The notes under the pieces are model-generated. The model did no database searches, was not told the DNA's origin, and saw nothing but the letters and a program-made list of their open reading frames with translations. 64,000 nt of DNA, taken from Vicugna vicugna (Eukaryota). This document shows positions 1 through 13,773 of this stretch, in pieces (positions within the stretch are counted from its first letter, which is position 1; every line of letters begins with the position of its first letter). The translations under genes and the position numbers were made by a program. The DNA lies in the NCBI GenBank assembly GCA_013265495.1, contig MU058285.1, positions 124,001 to 188,000 on the forward strand, in the 5' to 3' direction.

Positions 1-119
1 TCCTCACAAGTATGGTACAGTATCTTCCACCGTAGGAAAAATATTCTTCCTTTACCTTGCATGCCCATCCTTCAGTAGCTCATTTCTTCATCCCTCATTC
101 TTACGAGCGTACTTTGCTC

Positions 120-1095
120 TCTGTCCCAACGTCCTTGTTTTGTATTCTCTTTTGAATCAGCTACAGGCAGCTCTTGTCCCCACAACTTCACTAAACTGTT
201 CCTTTGAAAGGCGCTGAGCACAAAGGGTGGTTTTCGGTCCTCATCTTCCTCGGTTCTGCAGGGGAATCTGGCACCAATGGTGACTCACCCTTCTTCAATT
301 ACTTGTTTGAGTCAGAGGCACGTTCTCCGCATTCTCTCCTTCCTCACCAGCCACTCCTGAGTCTCCTAGCCTGCATACTCATTCGGATCCCAAATCCTAA
401 ACTCAGAAGCTCCCCAGCGTTCAGCCATAGAAAATTGTTCTTCTCTATTTACTTTCGCTTGTACCTATGGATTGATGACTCTAAAGAACTGATGTGCACA
501 CTCACCTGTTCTCTGAGTTCGCAGAAAAAGCCCTTCCAAAATCTGACCTCTGCCTCCCTCTCAACACCGTCTCCTTCTGCTCTTCTTCTCAGTCTCCACA
601 CTCACTCACACAGGACTTATTTTTTCTTGAAGAAACAAAGCTGTCTTTCCTCAGGACCTTTTATCTGAGATTCGCTCTGCTTGGAATATTCTAGCTTTAC
701 TTTTTTCATGACCTCTTATCATACTTCATTCAAGGCTCTCCTCAAATGTCACCTCCCTGACCACCTCGCCTAAAATGGCAGTGCCGATGCCCTACAATTA
801 TTTCTTTGTCATATTGCTCATTATAATATTATATATCTCACTATTTAATACAGTTCATGTCAATATATTTTCTAAGATATGAATCAATACAATATTATCT
901 AATATACTACATACTATTTGGCATAAAGTGGAAAAGTATAACATGCAATGTTAATTTAACATCATACAAGGACATAATATATCACTAGACTGTAAGCTCC
1001 CAGAGAGAAACTTTCCCTCTGTAGTTCCATCATCTATAAATAACAGTGTCTGACATATAGTAAGAATTTAAAATACTTTTTGAATGGCTGAAATT
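120..1095 (+). mobile_element. Ancient LINE-2 (L2) remnant, fragmented
   Basis: L2-like blocks 'tcggtcctcatcttcct...ggcaccaatggtgactcacccttctt', 'ctcaaatgtcacctccctgaccacc' and a 3' end 'cactagactgtaagctcc...gtgtctgacatatagtaag...tgaatggctgaa'. Boundaries approximate. Confidence 0.7.
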
Positions 1096-1377
1096 ACCTA
1101 AAAAACAATGATCCTGTTCTACTCTTTATGTAGTAATTTTTTTCATCCTTCCTCTCCCCTCCCCAACCCTGTTTTTTTCTGTTGAAGACACAAGGCTCAC
1201 TGCTGGGCCAGACAACAGTAATCTATAGGGATCAGAACTTAAATCCAGATCTTTTCACTATTTTTTACTTCGAATCCATTTTTCCCCACTATAGTGCTAC
1301 CTCTAATTATAATGTTTTTTAGAAGACATCCATTCATTTATATTATGGTTCCCCAATGGCATTTTCTGGCCACAGGA

Positions 1378-1500
1378 TTTATTCATCAGGAAGATTTATT
1401 GAATATCTACTCTGAGGTCGCCACTCTATTGGTGCTTGGATCCAAAGACAAATAAATACTGTGCCTGCATTCAAGGAATTTTTGTCTTACATAAGTGAAC
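1378..1500 (-). mobile_element. L2 3' end fragment
   Basis: 'attcatcaggaagatttattgaatatctactctg...ggtgcttgga...ctgcattcaaggaa' resembles the reverse complement of the L2 tail. Confidence 0.55.
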
Positions 1501-3095
1501 ATGCACAAAAATACTGCAATAATTTCTGGGGAAATTTTTCACCATTGTACCGTAAAATCCTCATGCTTCAACTTTAAAAATTCTGTATTCGGGATGAATC
1601 ACACACACACACATACACTCACAATACACACATATATATTTCATAACAAAGTTAATTGGATGGATGCTTGATATTAGTTTGTGTATTCTTTATTTAAACT
1701 TCAGGGCCAGATATAACCCCAGAAACACCTGGCCTCAGCAGGAAAAAATGATGTCATCTTATTTGTCAAAACGTGAGCATCAAAATCAGATGCTAGACTA
1801 GGAAACAGTAACTTCAGTTAAGATATCTCCACACGGTTCTTGCTTTCCAAAGAGAGTCACTGGAAATGAAGAGGCAAAGGCCATTTAAATTATTCAAATT
1901 TTCCAACTTGGAAAAAATTTTCAATACTTGTTCTTCACTCTGGATATCAGCTGTTTCTTTCACTTGCATTATCTTTCCATACACACATTTTTTCCAGGAT
2001 CATATTTGGTCTGCAAATGACCTCAGAGGTAATTTATTTTGCAAGCCGTTCATGTTTGATCTATGTGGCATGACAAATAGCTCTCATATTATTTAGCTGA
2101 CTAAGATGGAAGCTTGAAAAGGAAATTCTATTCGACAGTCTTTGTCAGTGAGCTGCTAGTGTGTTTAATGTGCTGGAGTGCTAAGAGCAGAACTGTCTGC
2201 GTACTGGCATTCTCAACTTTTTTAAAGGCTACGAAATTCTTTCATCCTGTGATGACGCTAACCATACCTTAATGAGCATGATTTTGGCAAAGTCAGTCCT
2301 AAAATACACAAAATGTGTAAGTGTTGGTTAAATAATCCCAAGCATTCAGCTCTTTGTAAGAATTTACCTCAAAAGAAGTATGGACTGGAAACTGTCTTCA
2401 TCCAAAAGCACTATATTCATTATAAAATTTAATGTTTAGCCTGTACAATCTCTGTTATAGTGATTTCTCCTTTGTTAACATTCTGAATACAGGAATTACA
2501 TTGAAGACAAAGTTTAAGACATCTTCTTCCTTTAAAAATGCAAGAATAATACTAAGATAGTGATGATGATGACAATAATATATTTATACAATGCATCAGG
2601 TACTCTTTTGCAATGTAAATTGTTTAAGCCTAGAAGAAATTGGTCAGAGAGGTATGAGATTATATAAAATTTACCATAAGTACCCAATATTTCTTAAGTT
2701 ATACCAACCTGTAAATTAAAAAAAACATAATTCTTAAATTGCAAAAGAAAACTGATGACATCAAGGCATCAACAGTATCAACTCTCAAAGTCCCATAGAG
2801 ATTTTACTCAGAGACCACCACTTTTTATCTGCCTTTTTTTTTTTTTGCAGTACAAGTTAAGCACAAAAAGTAGACCATCCCCAGAATCAAATGCCTCTCC
2901 TCCACCCCCTACCACCAAAACAAACATGTGCCCTTAGAATTCACAAGAGGGAAAGCCATCCCAACATTCTTAGACATCATAATTTTCTAAGACAGCAATA
3001 AATCAGGATGTTTATGTACAATCTACTGATGTTTAAGTTTGATAATGAATTTAAACTCAATGAACCATATGTTTACTTTAATATAGAAAAATATC

Positions 3096-3932
3096 TGAGA
3101 TTTTTGATTTATAATAAGAAATACAGTCTTTGGTCTTTGATCATGACTCCTGACACACAGTTCCTACATCACCTATAATTCCCTAAGTGACAAAAGCCAC
3201 AGGGGCCATCTTGTGTTACATTGAATCTTTGTTCCCATTTCTTAAAAGAACTCCAGAGTAATAAAACTGAAGTGGTTGTTTCTTGTTTTTGTAATAAGCC
3301 TCTTTCAACCACACCTGAGTTCATATTAGTGAAGTGATTTTTGGACAGCTTCTCCATAACCACAAGATGGGAACTGGTTGCTTGGGAAACCAACCAGTTT
3401 AACTAGGAGGATTAGAGCTTTCAGCCCCACCCTCGGACCTCTGAGGAGCAGAGAGGAGCTGGAGGTTGAATCAATTACCATTGGTCAATGATTTTAATCA
3501 ATCATGTCTATGTAATGAATCCTCCATAAAAATCCTAAACAACAGGGTTTGGAGAGCTTCCGGGTTGATGAACACGTGGAGATGCTGGGAAGGTGGCACC
3601 AGAGAGAGCATGGAAGCTTCCTTCCTACCTGCCCCGTGCATAGCTTATATCTGGCTGTTTCTGAGTTGTGTTTTTTTGTAATAAACTGGTAGTCTAGTAA
3701 GTAAACGTTTTCCTGAGTTCTGTGAGCTGCACTAGCAGATTAATGGAACCTAAGTAGCAGGCGGTGGGAATCTTTGATTTTATAACCAGTAGGTCTTAAC
3801 AACTCAGACTCGTGATTGGCATCTGAAGTGAAATCAAGGATCATCTTGTGGGACTGAGACCTTAACCTGTGGGATGTGATATAACTCTAAGTAGCTGGTA
3901 GCTAGTGTAAGAACTGAGATGAATTGAGGTCA
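3096..3932 (+). mobile_element. MER21-family LTR (solo, ancient)
   Basis: Start 'tgagatttttgatttataataagaaatacagtctttggtct' and internal 'tttcagccccaccctcggacctct', 'ggagagcttccgggttgatgaacacgtggagatgctggga', 'ataaactggtagtctagtaagtaaacgttttcctgagttctgtgagc' match the recalled MER21 consensus. Confidence 0.85.
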
Positions 3933-4922
3933 CGTAAAGGTAATAATAGCCAAAAACAAACAAACAAAAACTAATGAAACTTTTGGATTATGATATAAAG
4001 CAGAAGAAAGGAGATTTTGAAGCAAATTAAAAGGTTCAAAGTGAGCAATTCAGCTTATGGCTAATCATAAGGAATATTCATTTTTCTTGTTATGAAAAAA
4101 TGGTTTTCTGGCAAGTAAACTCAGCAATTCAGGGCTCAGTCAGATTCCACTCCGGAGCAGAGAAGCCAAGTAGCTCCCCCTGCAGGACTCAACAGCATGA
4201 TTCCCTTTCCATGAGGTTCAGACTTGATCATAAGGCACCAATTTAGTAAGACTGTTAATTTAATTTGGTCAATGATGAATCATAGTTATTTTTTAAAAAT
4301 TTCTATTTAGTTCTTTTAGGCTGTTTGTACATTTAAAATGGATTGAATTTTATTTCAGATTTTCCCTTCACAGTTTGAAGTGTGATCACATCAAAATATA
4401 AACGATAGCATGATTAAATATGACCTTATTAATTGACCTACATCATTTAAATATCTCAGGCTTTCACATTTTCAACGAAGATGGGCTCTTGTCAGATTTT
4501 ACATTCAGTCAGAAAGGCTTCAATTTCCCAAAGACTCCCTTAGCTGGCAAATGTGTGTGGCATTTCAGCAGTGGATTTTAGTTTGTTGTAAAATGGTGTG
4601 TAAATGGAGCTTCTGAATCCCAGATTTCTCCTGATATACCCAAGCAGGTGATTGGAACAGCTGATTGCATCTGCAGTTTAGTCTACAAAAAAGATTAACA
4701 GCCATAGAATGGTAAATGCTCTCTCACACAAAGGATGACTCATGAGTGAAAGTGATTTAAAACTCGTGAGGCTTGCCTACCAAACCAGACACTGGGGAAT
4801 TGCCTATGGAGATCTGTTTACCACCTCTTTAACTCTGGATGTAATTCATCTAGAGACTGTTAGACACATAGTTATAGTTATATATTTATTTTCTTAAAAT
4901 TAATTTATTTGCCACTTTACCC

Positions 4923-5157
4923 CAGGAATGGGCAAATGACACCCATGGGCCAAATCTGGTGTACCTCTGGTATATTTTTGTAAATAAAGTTTTAAGGCAC
5001 ACAGCCACACACATTCATTTCTCTGTTGTCTGTGGCTACTTTTGTGCTATGACAACAAAGTTGAGTGGTTATAGAAGAAATTGTATGGCCTGCAAAGTCT
5101 AAAATGTTCTAAAATATTTACTATTTTGCCCTTTATAGAAAAAGTCTGTCAATCTCA
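4923..5157. mobile_element. MER58A-like hAT-Charlie non-autonomous DNA transposon
   Basis: Degenerate terminal inverted repeats 'caggaatgggcaaa'...'tctgtcaatctc'; core 'gtaaataaagtttt...cacagccacacacattcattt...gtggctacttt...aaaatatttactattttgccctttatagaaaaagt'. Confidence 0.85.
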
Positions 5158-5204
5158 GTTTTTGTCTCTATTATTTGATTATAATCAGATTTAGCAATTA
5201 TCAT

Positions 5205-5415
5205 GATGAGTGTTACTTAATATTTATTACCTGCCAAGCATTGTGCTAAATCTTTTCTATACTTTTTTTAATCACACTACAATCTTCTGAACTATTGCTA
5301 TTTCCATCAAATGTATGAGAAAGGAAAGGCTTTGGAAGTTTACATGTCTCGCCCAAGTAAACAGCGGAGCCAAGATTCAGCCTCAAGACTGACTCAAAAC
5401 CCACGCTATTAATCC
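5205..5415 (-). mobile_element. MIR SINE
   Basis: 'tgccaagcattgtgctaaa...gcccaagtaaacagcggagccaagattcagcctcaagactgactcaaaaccca' resembles the MIR reverse complement. Confidence 0.7.
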
Positions 5416-8400
5416 ATCCCTTCTCCAATTAAGTCCATGGTCTTCCTCTTTCAGGCAATTTGCATGATTTGAACCAATGAGAAATAGTGCCAACAGATTT
5501 AAGGTAAGCCTCTTAGCCACTGGAATGTGAAGTTAAGTTTAATATAGAGCAGAAGAGAAAACTAGCTTTAAAAGTTTCCTTGAAGTGTAAAGAGTTCAAT
5601 CTAAGTACTTAGTCCTGCCACCATCAATTTAAGGCTTTCAAACCTCCCGGTGTCTGGTCTGGGAGCCACAGTTGGGTCATTAATTAGTAAACATCTTTCA
5701 GTAAACCATTTATGTGACTTCTCTGAGCTTTTGCTTTTTATCTTTTAAGAAGAAATGAGAGCTACAGGGCTGCAGGGTTGTGGGTAAAACAGTAGCATGC
5801 ATGCTCTATCCTGTGCTCTTAGCAGGGCCTCCCTGTGGGGTATACTGTGTCCAGGGTTCTTAAGGTGACGAGTCCTCTAGCGAGAGAGGTATATGCCGAG
5901 ACCTGAAGGTCGAGCTTATCTTTCTGGTGGTAGCACATTTCATCCTGCAACCTCTGGCCAGTTTGACCTCCTGTCTACGTGTTCTGAAAAAAGAATATTT
6001 TTACCAAAACCATTCATTCATTGAGCCACCCGGCAAGGCTGCGCCTCTGTGGGCTGTTTATTGTTATCTCTTGAAACAGGTACTCCTCACCTGTTCTCCA
6101 AGTAATTTCGTATCTTTCTTGGGAATTATCAGTAAAGGATGGCGATGTGATCTTATTCTCCCAGGCAAGGATGACAGCTTTAACCCAGGCTTTTTATCCC
6201 ACAGAAAACTGGCAGAGTAGGTGCCTTGATTGTTTTTTTGTTGTTTTGTTGTTTTTTGTCCCTCCAGATTTACCCATGAAGAATTTGAGATAGTTACAAC
6301 AAGAAAATACACATCTACAGGAATATACTTGAGTCTTCACAGGCTGCTCTATCCAAGGACAGCACCTTGATTCTGTTCTGGCAACTTCCAGAAGCTGGAT
6401 ATTTCCACACAGAAGGATACATACCTTGGTATGGAAGGGGAAAGACATACGTCATTATAGTTTCACAAAACCACAGGATTTCAAAGGAAAAGCAATCCTA
6501 GGGGACATCTAGTGCAACTCCCTGATTTTGTGAATGAGGAAATGGAGAACTTCATTCTCAGGTAGGATGTAAGAAAGAATGTTCCTGACTTCAGCTTCAC
6601 GTGGAACACAATACATAGACATCAGGAAAAGCTCTTGCCAATTAGAGGTTCTTAATCCTCAGCAGTTAAGTCAAGTTTAGGGTGTGTGGGGGGTTATCAT
6701 TACAACACAAGTAAATTGGCATTGATAGAAATCAGTTCTGATTTTCAAAAGATTTACCCAAACATATCATCTTTTTAATGTTACTTATTTAGTAGAAAGA
6801 TCCTTTATCTTACGATTTGCTTAAACCTTTAAATAACTTGCAAATTGAAAGGATTATAAATAATCCATCTAAAAATTCAAGTTACATACATCAGTGTTGG
6901 TTGCTATGCAGAGAGAATGTCTTGGGTATACGTTCATGTAATTTGTGCAAAATGTTCAGCTTTTTTTTTTATTATTAAAATAAATCATGTCAATCTAAAA
7001 AAAAAAAAGGATTCCTTAAAAGGAATCAGATTCTCCTGTAGATCTACTCATAATGCCGGGAGCCTCCCTTCAGGATTTTGAAATTAATGCAAATTAAGAA
7101 AATATGTCTGGTTTACAAAGATGAAAATAAGATTGTTGACAATTAAAATTGCTTTGAGAAATTGAAATCATCATATAATCTGAGATGATATTACTGGTAA
7201 TACTTCACTTATCCGTCCTCCCAAAAATATAATCTTAGCAGTTATGACAAAAAGAAATTAAATTGTGGAATTTTGACATAACCAACCATGCAATTATTTT
7301 TCTCTAGCCATGAAGTCAGCTTCAATACATGGTAAAAATAAAATAAAATAAAATAAAAGTCATTTCACTAGGAAGCGAAAAGTCTGGTAAAAGCAAGGCC
7401 TATTTATGGAAACTCTTGTTTTCCAGATTTTTTCATCTTTCTTCCCTCCTTCCCGTCCCCTCCCTCGTTGCCCCTCCCTGTTGCTGGGCCCCTTTGTATC
7501 TCCACCCAAGAGAATTGTTGTTTCTAAAGCATGAAAATGAGGAGACTGAGATCAAGGGATTTCTGGAGTTGTTGAGTTTCCATCCTTGAGGATTCTTTGA
7601 AACAGAGGCAAAACTTCAAGTACTAAATGATACACTTAAAATTGCCCTGACAGAACTCAAGGGCATGTTTGCACCAAATGAAAAGCACAAGTCTCTTCCA
7701 TAGCTCCTCCTTTGGTTTCATTCCTTAGACCGAGTTCACATTATTTTTTCCGTGTCTGAATGCACACAGAGCTTCTAGCCAGCCTGTGACACCCCGCGTC
7801 CGTGTTCCTTTCACAAGTTAAACCATCAAGGGCATTTCACACTTTCATTCATCATTTATGTGCCCTTGCGGTATTGCCCTTGATAGTGGAAAATGTTATC
7901 AGCATGTTATTCGGGCTACTTTGGCAAAGTGGATCCTCCTTAATAGTATCCTGTTACACACACAATGTGAGACCAAGGGACTTGCAAGCTTTTCTCCCCC
8001 GTTCTCCCTGAGTCATCTTGTCTGGCATTTCACAAAACATTCCAAGAGGGAAGATGGGGAGAGGAACCCAACAGTAGCAGAGTAATTGTCAGGGAGGAAA
8101 TGCCTGTGTTAGAGGGAGGGGAAGGGAAGGACTGAGCAGAAAGAAAGCGGGGCGGAGGGAGGGGGAAATCACACCGTCAGTTTTAGTCTCTGATATCGTG
8201 ATAATATGCTAAAAATCACTAGCACCTAACACAATGCCTGGCATATATGATATTAAAAAAATCTTTGCTGCTCAACTGTTTGATCAAGGGATTGATTTAA
8301 CTAATAAATTAGTAAATAAATAACCAATTGAATCATGAATGGAAAGGTGTTTAGTAAATAAACACACAAAAATATTTTTCTTCTACTTTATTTTTGGTCA

Positions 8401-9698
8401 TTTTTCTAAGCTGTTGGTTTTCTTTTTCTGAGTAATGAACTGTATCATCCTCTGTATCTCTATAGTATTTGGGAAAATAACTTTAGATGTAGTTTTACAT
8501 TTTATAACTTTTTTGGTATGTTTATTACACTCATCCTATCACACTCAGAACACTCATCATTGAATAGCTATTATGTAGCTGTATGTCCGTGTTAGACTGA
8601 GATTGACTATTCATTATTTTTATTTTTGTGAGCACTTTCACAAAATTGGTGCTCAATAAATTTTTTGCTCCATTGGATCAAATTCAATGTGCTTCCATGC
8701 TCTTCTATCACCATTCTGCTCTCCCTGTTTAGAGATGTTCACTCAGCTCCCCTGCTCTTCTTCAGATTTGCCACCTGAGCCCCGGGGGTTTTGAGGGACA
8801 AATGAGGAATACTGGACTTGTGTTCGCATCTCCCAAAGCAGATCTCAGTATGAGGACACATGAGGCGTGTGTGGGGGATTGGGGTGGCATTGGGGGACTA
8901 GAATGATCTCTTTCTGCTACCTTCGTGTACTCTACTCTGTGATGGCAATTTAACAATTTTTAACCTCATTTTATATTTAAGACTCCTTTGAGATTAACTG
9001 GTTTTCTAGAAGGTCAAACATCAGGCATAGGAAAATCCAGTCATGTACAACCCTGATCAACACCCTTCTCATGGCCCTGGGGATGAAGTCCAATCCTTTA
9101 ACTCATTTATAAAGTCCATCTTGACTTGTGTCTCTCTTATCACTAGGCTGTAGTCACCAGGAGCTTCTTATAGACTTTTGAACCCACCAATTTCTCTTAC
9201 CTGCCTCTGCCTAGAGTACTCCATATGTCCCTTTCCCTCGTTCACTCCTTCCTGAAACTTCAGAAGTTTTCATGGTCTCCCACAGGGGACTCAGAAGACA
9301 GCTGAGGTGAGAGCCAGAGTCCAGAATCGAAGCCTCAGAGCAAGACGATTAGTTACAGACATCATAAGTGACTCAAATTCCTCACATTCTAAAAATTATA
9401 ACAAACTTATTCCTCAGATATTGACAGCTCATCAATGCCGTCAACAAGCTAATAAACATCAAAAATCATTTCCAATTATGTTAATCTTCATCGGAAGGCT
9501 TCTTAACTGAAAGGTTCTTTCCTTTCTGAATTTTTTCTTGGATTAAAATCGCTCTTTTCCTAACCTCTTTATTTCATACACGAAATGCAAGTAACTCAGT
9601 TGTAAATAAACTGGTGGATCAAAAGCAAAACATTGACACAAAATACCATTTTGGTCTACATAAATATTTTTCACATTTTAAACCCACTGAAAAATGCT

Positions 9699-9722
9699 GA
9701 GAGAGAGAGAGAGAGAGAGAGA
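9699..9722. repeat. (GA)12 microsatellite
   Basis: Read directly from the sequence. Confidence 0.95.
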
Positions 9723-10953
9723 GTCACAGACTAAGTTCCCTGACTAACCACGTATCAAAGAGGCCCTGAGTCTCTTAGTCCCTTCTTTTCTTGGCCAACG
9801 ACCAGGCCTGCTCCCAGCCACACTTCTTTCCTGTTGACTCTACCCCCGGTTACCAATGGGAGGGGCTCATGCCACCTTCCTTTTAATCTGCTTGCCATTT
9901 CTCACTAAGATTTGGCAGTCAGCATTTGGTGCTCCTGGATGCCAATGGCAAAGTCAAGCCCTTCACTTGGAACCCAAGTAGGAATGTGAAAAGAGAGGCT
10001 TAGGTTAAGCTCAGGTCACTCTAAGGACACCCCTTTCAAACATAAGAAGGTCCTTTGTTGGGGGGAGAGAGGAAAAAAAATTAGCGAGCTAATGGTGTCC
10101 TCTAAAAATGTAATATGTACAGAAAGTTCATCTTATAGATGACCTACCTATTACTGCAAACAGAATTCTCTCTTTGACATCTCATGCAGGTCAGAAAGAA
10201 TTCTTGCTTCTTGAGATAAAAATGGTAACATTTTCTCTCTTCTTGCTCAAATGTGTGTATGTAAAACTTCTCAATGAGGATATAAAGTGAAAGAACATTT
10301 TCTGTATTATTCCTAAATTTACTACAGTATTAAACTTTGGTTTTCATTCAAATGACATTATTTCCTTGTCTCAAGGAGTTACTCATTTGCAACATCTTTT
10401 TCCTTAAAAACTTCTGTCTCAGGGGAGCCACACTATCAGAGCAAGCTAAGGGAAGTGAAACACCTCTGCTCTGAAATGTCTTAGGGGTGATCAGCTTATT
10501 TCTCCTTGTCCTGCTCACATATATGGGCTTCCTCAAATCTAAAAACTAGGATTGTTTTGAAAGGAATTTAATACACAGGGAAGACATTTTGAAGAAACGA
10601 AAATGATTTCACACCAGAGATTTATTTCTACATATCAAACTACAAACTATAAACCAGGAATAGAGGCAGTGAGCAAGCAAATACAATTGTCATCATTTAC
10701 ATTGTTTACATTATCATAGAACTACAAAGGCTTCTGGGTATTTTTTCTTCACAATAACACAGTTACATCTCTATAGTTCTTTGCAATTTACAAAGGATTT
10801 TCAAGTCCCATTGCTCTGTGAGCCTAACAAAGCCTCCTTTTGGGCCAGAAACAGATGTCTTTCTTAAGACATAACTTTATTAAGAAATTTCTATTATTCC
10901 ATTTCAGTTCTACACCTTATACCTTTCTATAATCACCTAATTTTCACTTTCTG

Positions 10954-11120
10954 TTTTTTAAAATTCAAGTACAGTCAGTTTCAATGTGTCCATTTCTGGT
11001 GTACTGCACCATGTCCCAGTCATGCACATACATACATATATTCATTTTTATATTTTTTCATTAAAGTTTATTACAAGGTATTGAACATAGTTCCCTGTGC
11101 TATACAGAAGAAACTTTTTT
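10954..11120 (-). mobile_element. L1 3'-terminal fragment (severely 5'-truncated)
   Basis: Nearly colinear with the L1 3' UTR ends at 35281-35445 and 42363-42500 ('aagtacagtcagtttcaatgtgtccatttctggtgtac...ttccctgtgctatacagaag'). Confidence 0.85.
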
Positions 11121-12345
11121 GTTTTAAACTTTAATTAGACTATCGATCAAATTACCATGTATCAAACATTTTTATGTATAAATCACCCAGTTGGTTTGAA
11201 AGTAAAAATACACATGACATAGCTTCAATCTAAAGGGGTCTGTTTCTATTTGGGTAAATTTTGAAAACTAGATACTAGATATTATAAAACCATAACCTAT
11301 TTAAATAAAAGTTTATGATACTCATGTAGTCAATGTAAACTGTTGAAAGTATGAAAGAATCTATCAAATGAACAGTTAAAGAAGGGGTTTCAGTCTGAAT
11401 GCCCTCAGGCCCAGGAAGTGCAAGGCAGATATTTGATAATGTGAATTTATAAGCGCCAACACTGACAAACTAGAAATTTTCACTTGACATTGCAAAACCT
11501 TCTAAAAACTGGAACTCATGGCAACAATGAGCCCACAGTCCTATATGAGTTGGAGGGCAGACAGCTTTATGTAGATGAGGCAGATTTGTCCAACACCGAG
11601 GCTCGTGGAAGGGGCGATCTTGTAACATTCAGCTCAGCTTATTCACAAAGATCCTGTCCTCTTCTATGCAGCTAAGTTTGCAACCTCTGTGTTAAGTGAT
11701 TAATGGTTGTGGGTCTTTGGAAGACAGAGCTGCCCCAGGCGTGGGTTCTAAGCCCAAAGAAGACAAGCATGCGAGGCATGCTTCAGGGGAAAGATGGCAG
11801 GATGGCTCGGACAAAAGCACCGGGACCAGAAAGCAGGTGTGTTTCATGAGAAATAGGCAGTCCGGTTGGCTAGGTCACGGTGGCAAGGAGATAGCCCCCA
11901 AACGCTCTTGGAGAGGACAGTGACATTAGCATTCTCTTTTACCTAACCTAGCCTGTCCCCTAAGTGATTACAGCCTGGCTACTTCCTGGTCAGGACCTCC
12001 TTTCCCTGCCAGTCTGCGTCACCTTAGAAGGGTAATCCTGAGTGATTTCTCACCAGTGTGATTTGTCAGCGGCAGGTGTGCTTTCACTGGTGTGACTGAT
12101 AACTGGTAGTCAGAGTCACTACTGGATTAGAGAGGGGACGGCCACCATAATAGTGCGATGTAATTATATCCCCCTATGTAATTAAAGGGGACCAATAAAG
12201 TAATAATACCTGTAAAGCGGTCCTTGGAGAATGGAGCATGTAAGAACACGACAAAAAAAGGACCTTTGAAGTTGCTGATTGCTATTAATTTTCCCCAAAT
12301 ACTGAATGACTTCAGTCTGTAAAAATGAATTGCTTTACTTTCTAG

Positions 12346-12368
12346 GTAATTCAGTTGCCCTGTGTAAG
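12346..12368 (+). other. Candidate 23-nt microexon
   Basis: Acceptor 'tgctttactttctAG', then GTAATTCAGTTGCCCTGTGTAAG, then a perfect donor GTAAGT, in sequence with no recognised repeat. Host gene not identified. Confidence 0.4.
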
Positions 12369-13241
12369 GTAAGTGGGTACGATGTCTTTATCACTGACAT
12401 TAGTCTTTGTGGAAAAAATTCCAGTGTGCACTTTGGATGGCCCGCCTCTCTTCCCAGCAAAATTTCATCTGGTCCCAATTACCGTCAGCTCCTAATTTGA
12501 TCCGGTGGCAGAGAATGAGGCTTCTGTGTTCCAGCTGAAGCAAGCACACTTCATTAGACCTTGTTCTGCTGTTGCTCTTTAGAGATCGGCTAAACTAGAC
12601 CGAAAAATTTCTGTAGACTCAGCAACGTGGTGAAGTTCTCTTAAAAATACATGGAGCTGCATTCAAGTTATGCATTTTTGACCTCTTAGTTAGCTGTCAA
12701 GTTCACTCAAAGCTGTTATGTGACTTTTTCGCTAGTTAAATAAACAAGTAAGGGTTTCTGCTGGAGCTCTCATATTATTTTTTTTCTCCTTTCCGGATCA
12801 GAATCTTTTATCATAAAGCAGCTGAATTGATTTGCTTGGAATAAACTCAGTGTGTGTCTTCCAGGGTCCCTTTGAGTTTTCTGGTTTATTCAGTTCAGGT
12901 CATTTAATACCTAAGGGTTGTTGTTACGTGCCAGGCATTGTGATAAACACTGGCCTGGACCAGAGAAATGATTGACAGTGCCCTTGATTTCCTGAGTCTC
13001 CAAGACTTGCAGACAACTTCATAGTTCAAAAGAATTTTTTTTTAACTGCTTGCCACTATCCTGTACCCACAGTGTCCCTGGGTTCTGGTCCAAAGAGACC
13101 TGGGTGTGACCTGCTTGGGCTGCATTCACCACAGGCATCATGATGTGGCCTGTGGAGGCTCCCCAGGCAACAACTCTGGTTCTTAGCCTTCTTTTACCGT
13201 TTCTATCCAGACAAAAAATCCATCCATCCATCCATCTAAGG

Positions 13242-13569
13242 CAGGGGTTGGAAACTATGACCTACAGGCCAAACCTGGCCTGTTGCCTGTCTTTGCATGG
13301 CCCACAAGCAAGGAATGGCTTTATGTTTTTAAACAGTTGAAAGCAAGTTGAAAGAAGCATATCTTGTGACACATGAAAATTTAGTGAAAATCAAATGTCC
13401 GTGTCCATAAAGTAAGTTATATTAGAATATCATGTTTATGCATTTACATATTGTCTATGTCTGCTTTCTTGCTACAATTGCAGAGTTGAATAGTTACAAT
13501 AGAAACAGTAATGGCCCATTAAACCAAAAATCCCTGTCTGGCCCTTTACAGAAAAGTCTGCCACCCCGC
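13242..13569. mobile_element. MER58B-like hAT-Charlie element
   Basis: Terminal inverted repeats 'caggggttggaaact'...'agtctgccaccccg'; MER58B-type internal 'gtgacacatgaaaatttagtgaaaatcaaatgtccgtgtccataaag'. Confidence 0.85.
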
Positions 13570-13773
13570 ATTTGACGGTGCCATATTTTCTCTTTTTGGA
13601 TTTTCCCCACTCATATATATTTGGTCCTTATACTATGTTATCTCCTCATCTCTCTTAGATCTTGAATCTCTCCTTCAACTAGTTCGTGAAAATCTCACCT
13701 TGTAACAACTCTATAACTCATTATTCACAACAAGGAGGAGAGATTATAGGCCTCTAGCAAGCCAGAGACCTAG

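Noticed and set aside
204..668. 154-aa ORF
   Set aside because: Lies in an L2 relic, starts at TTG, and shows no recognisable domain or exon structure.
4736..4755. AP-1/IRF composite element
   Set aside because: The spacer between TGACTCA and GAAA is 5 nt rather than the canonical 4, and single motifs are uninformative.
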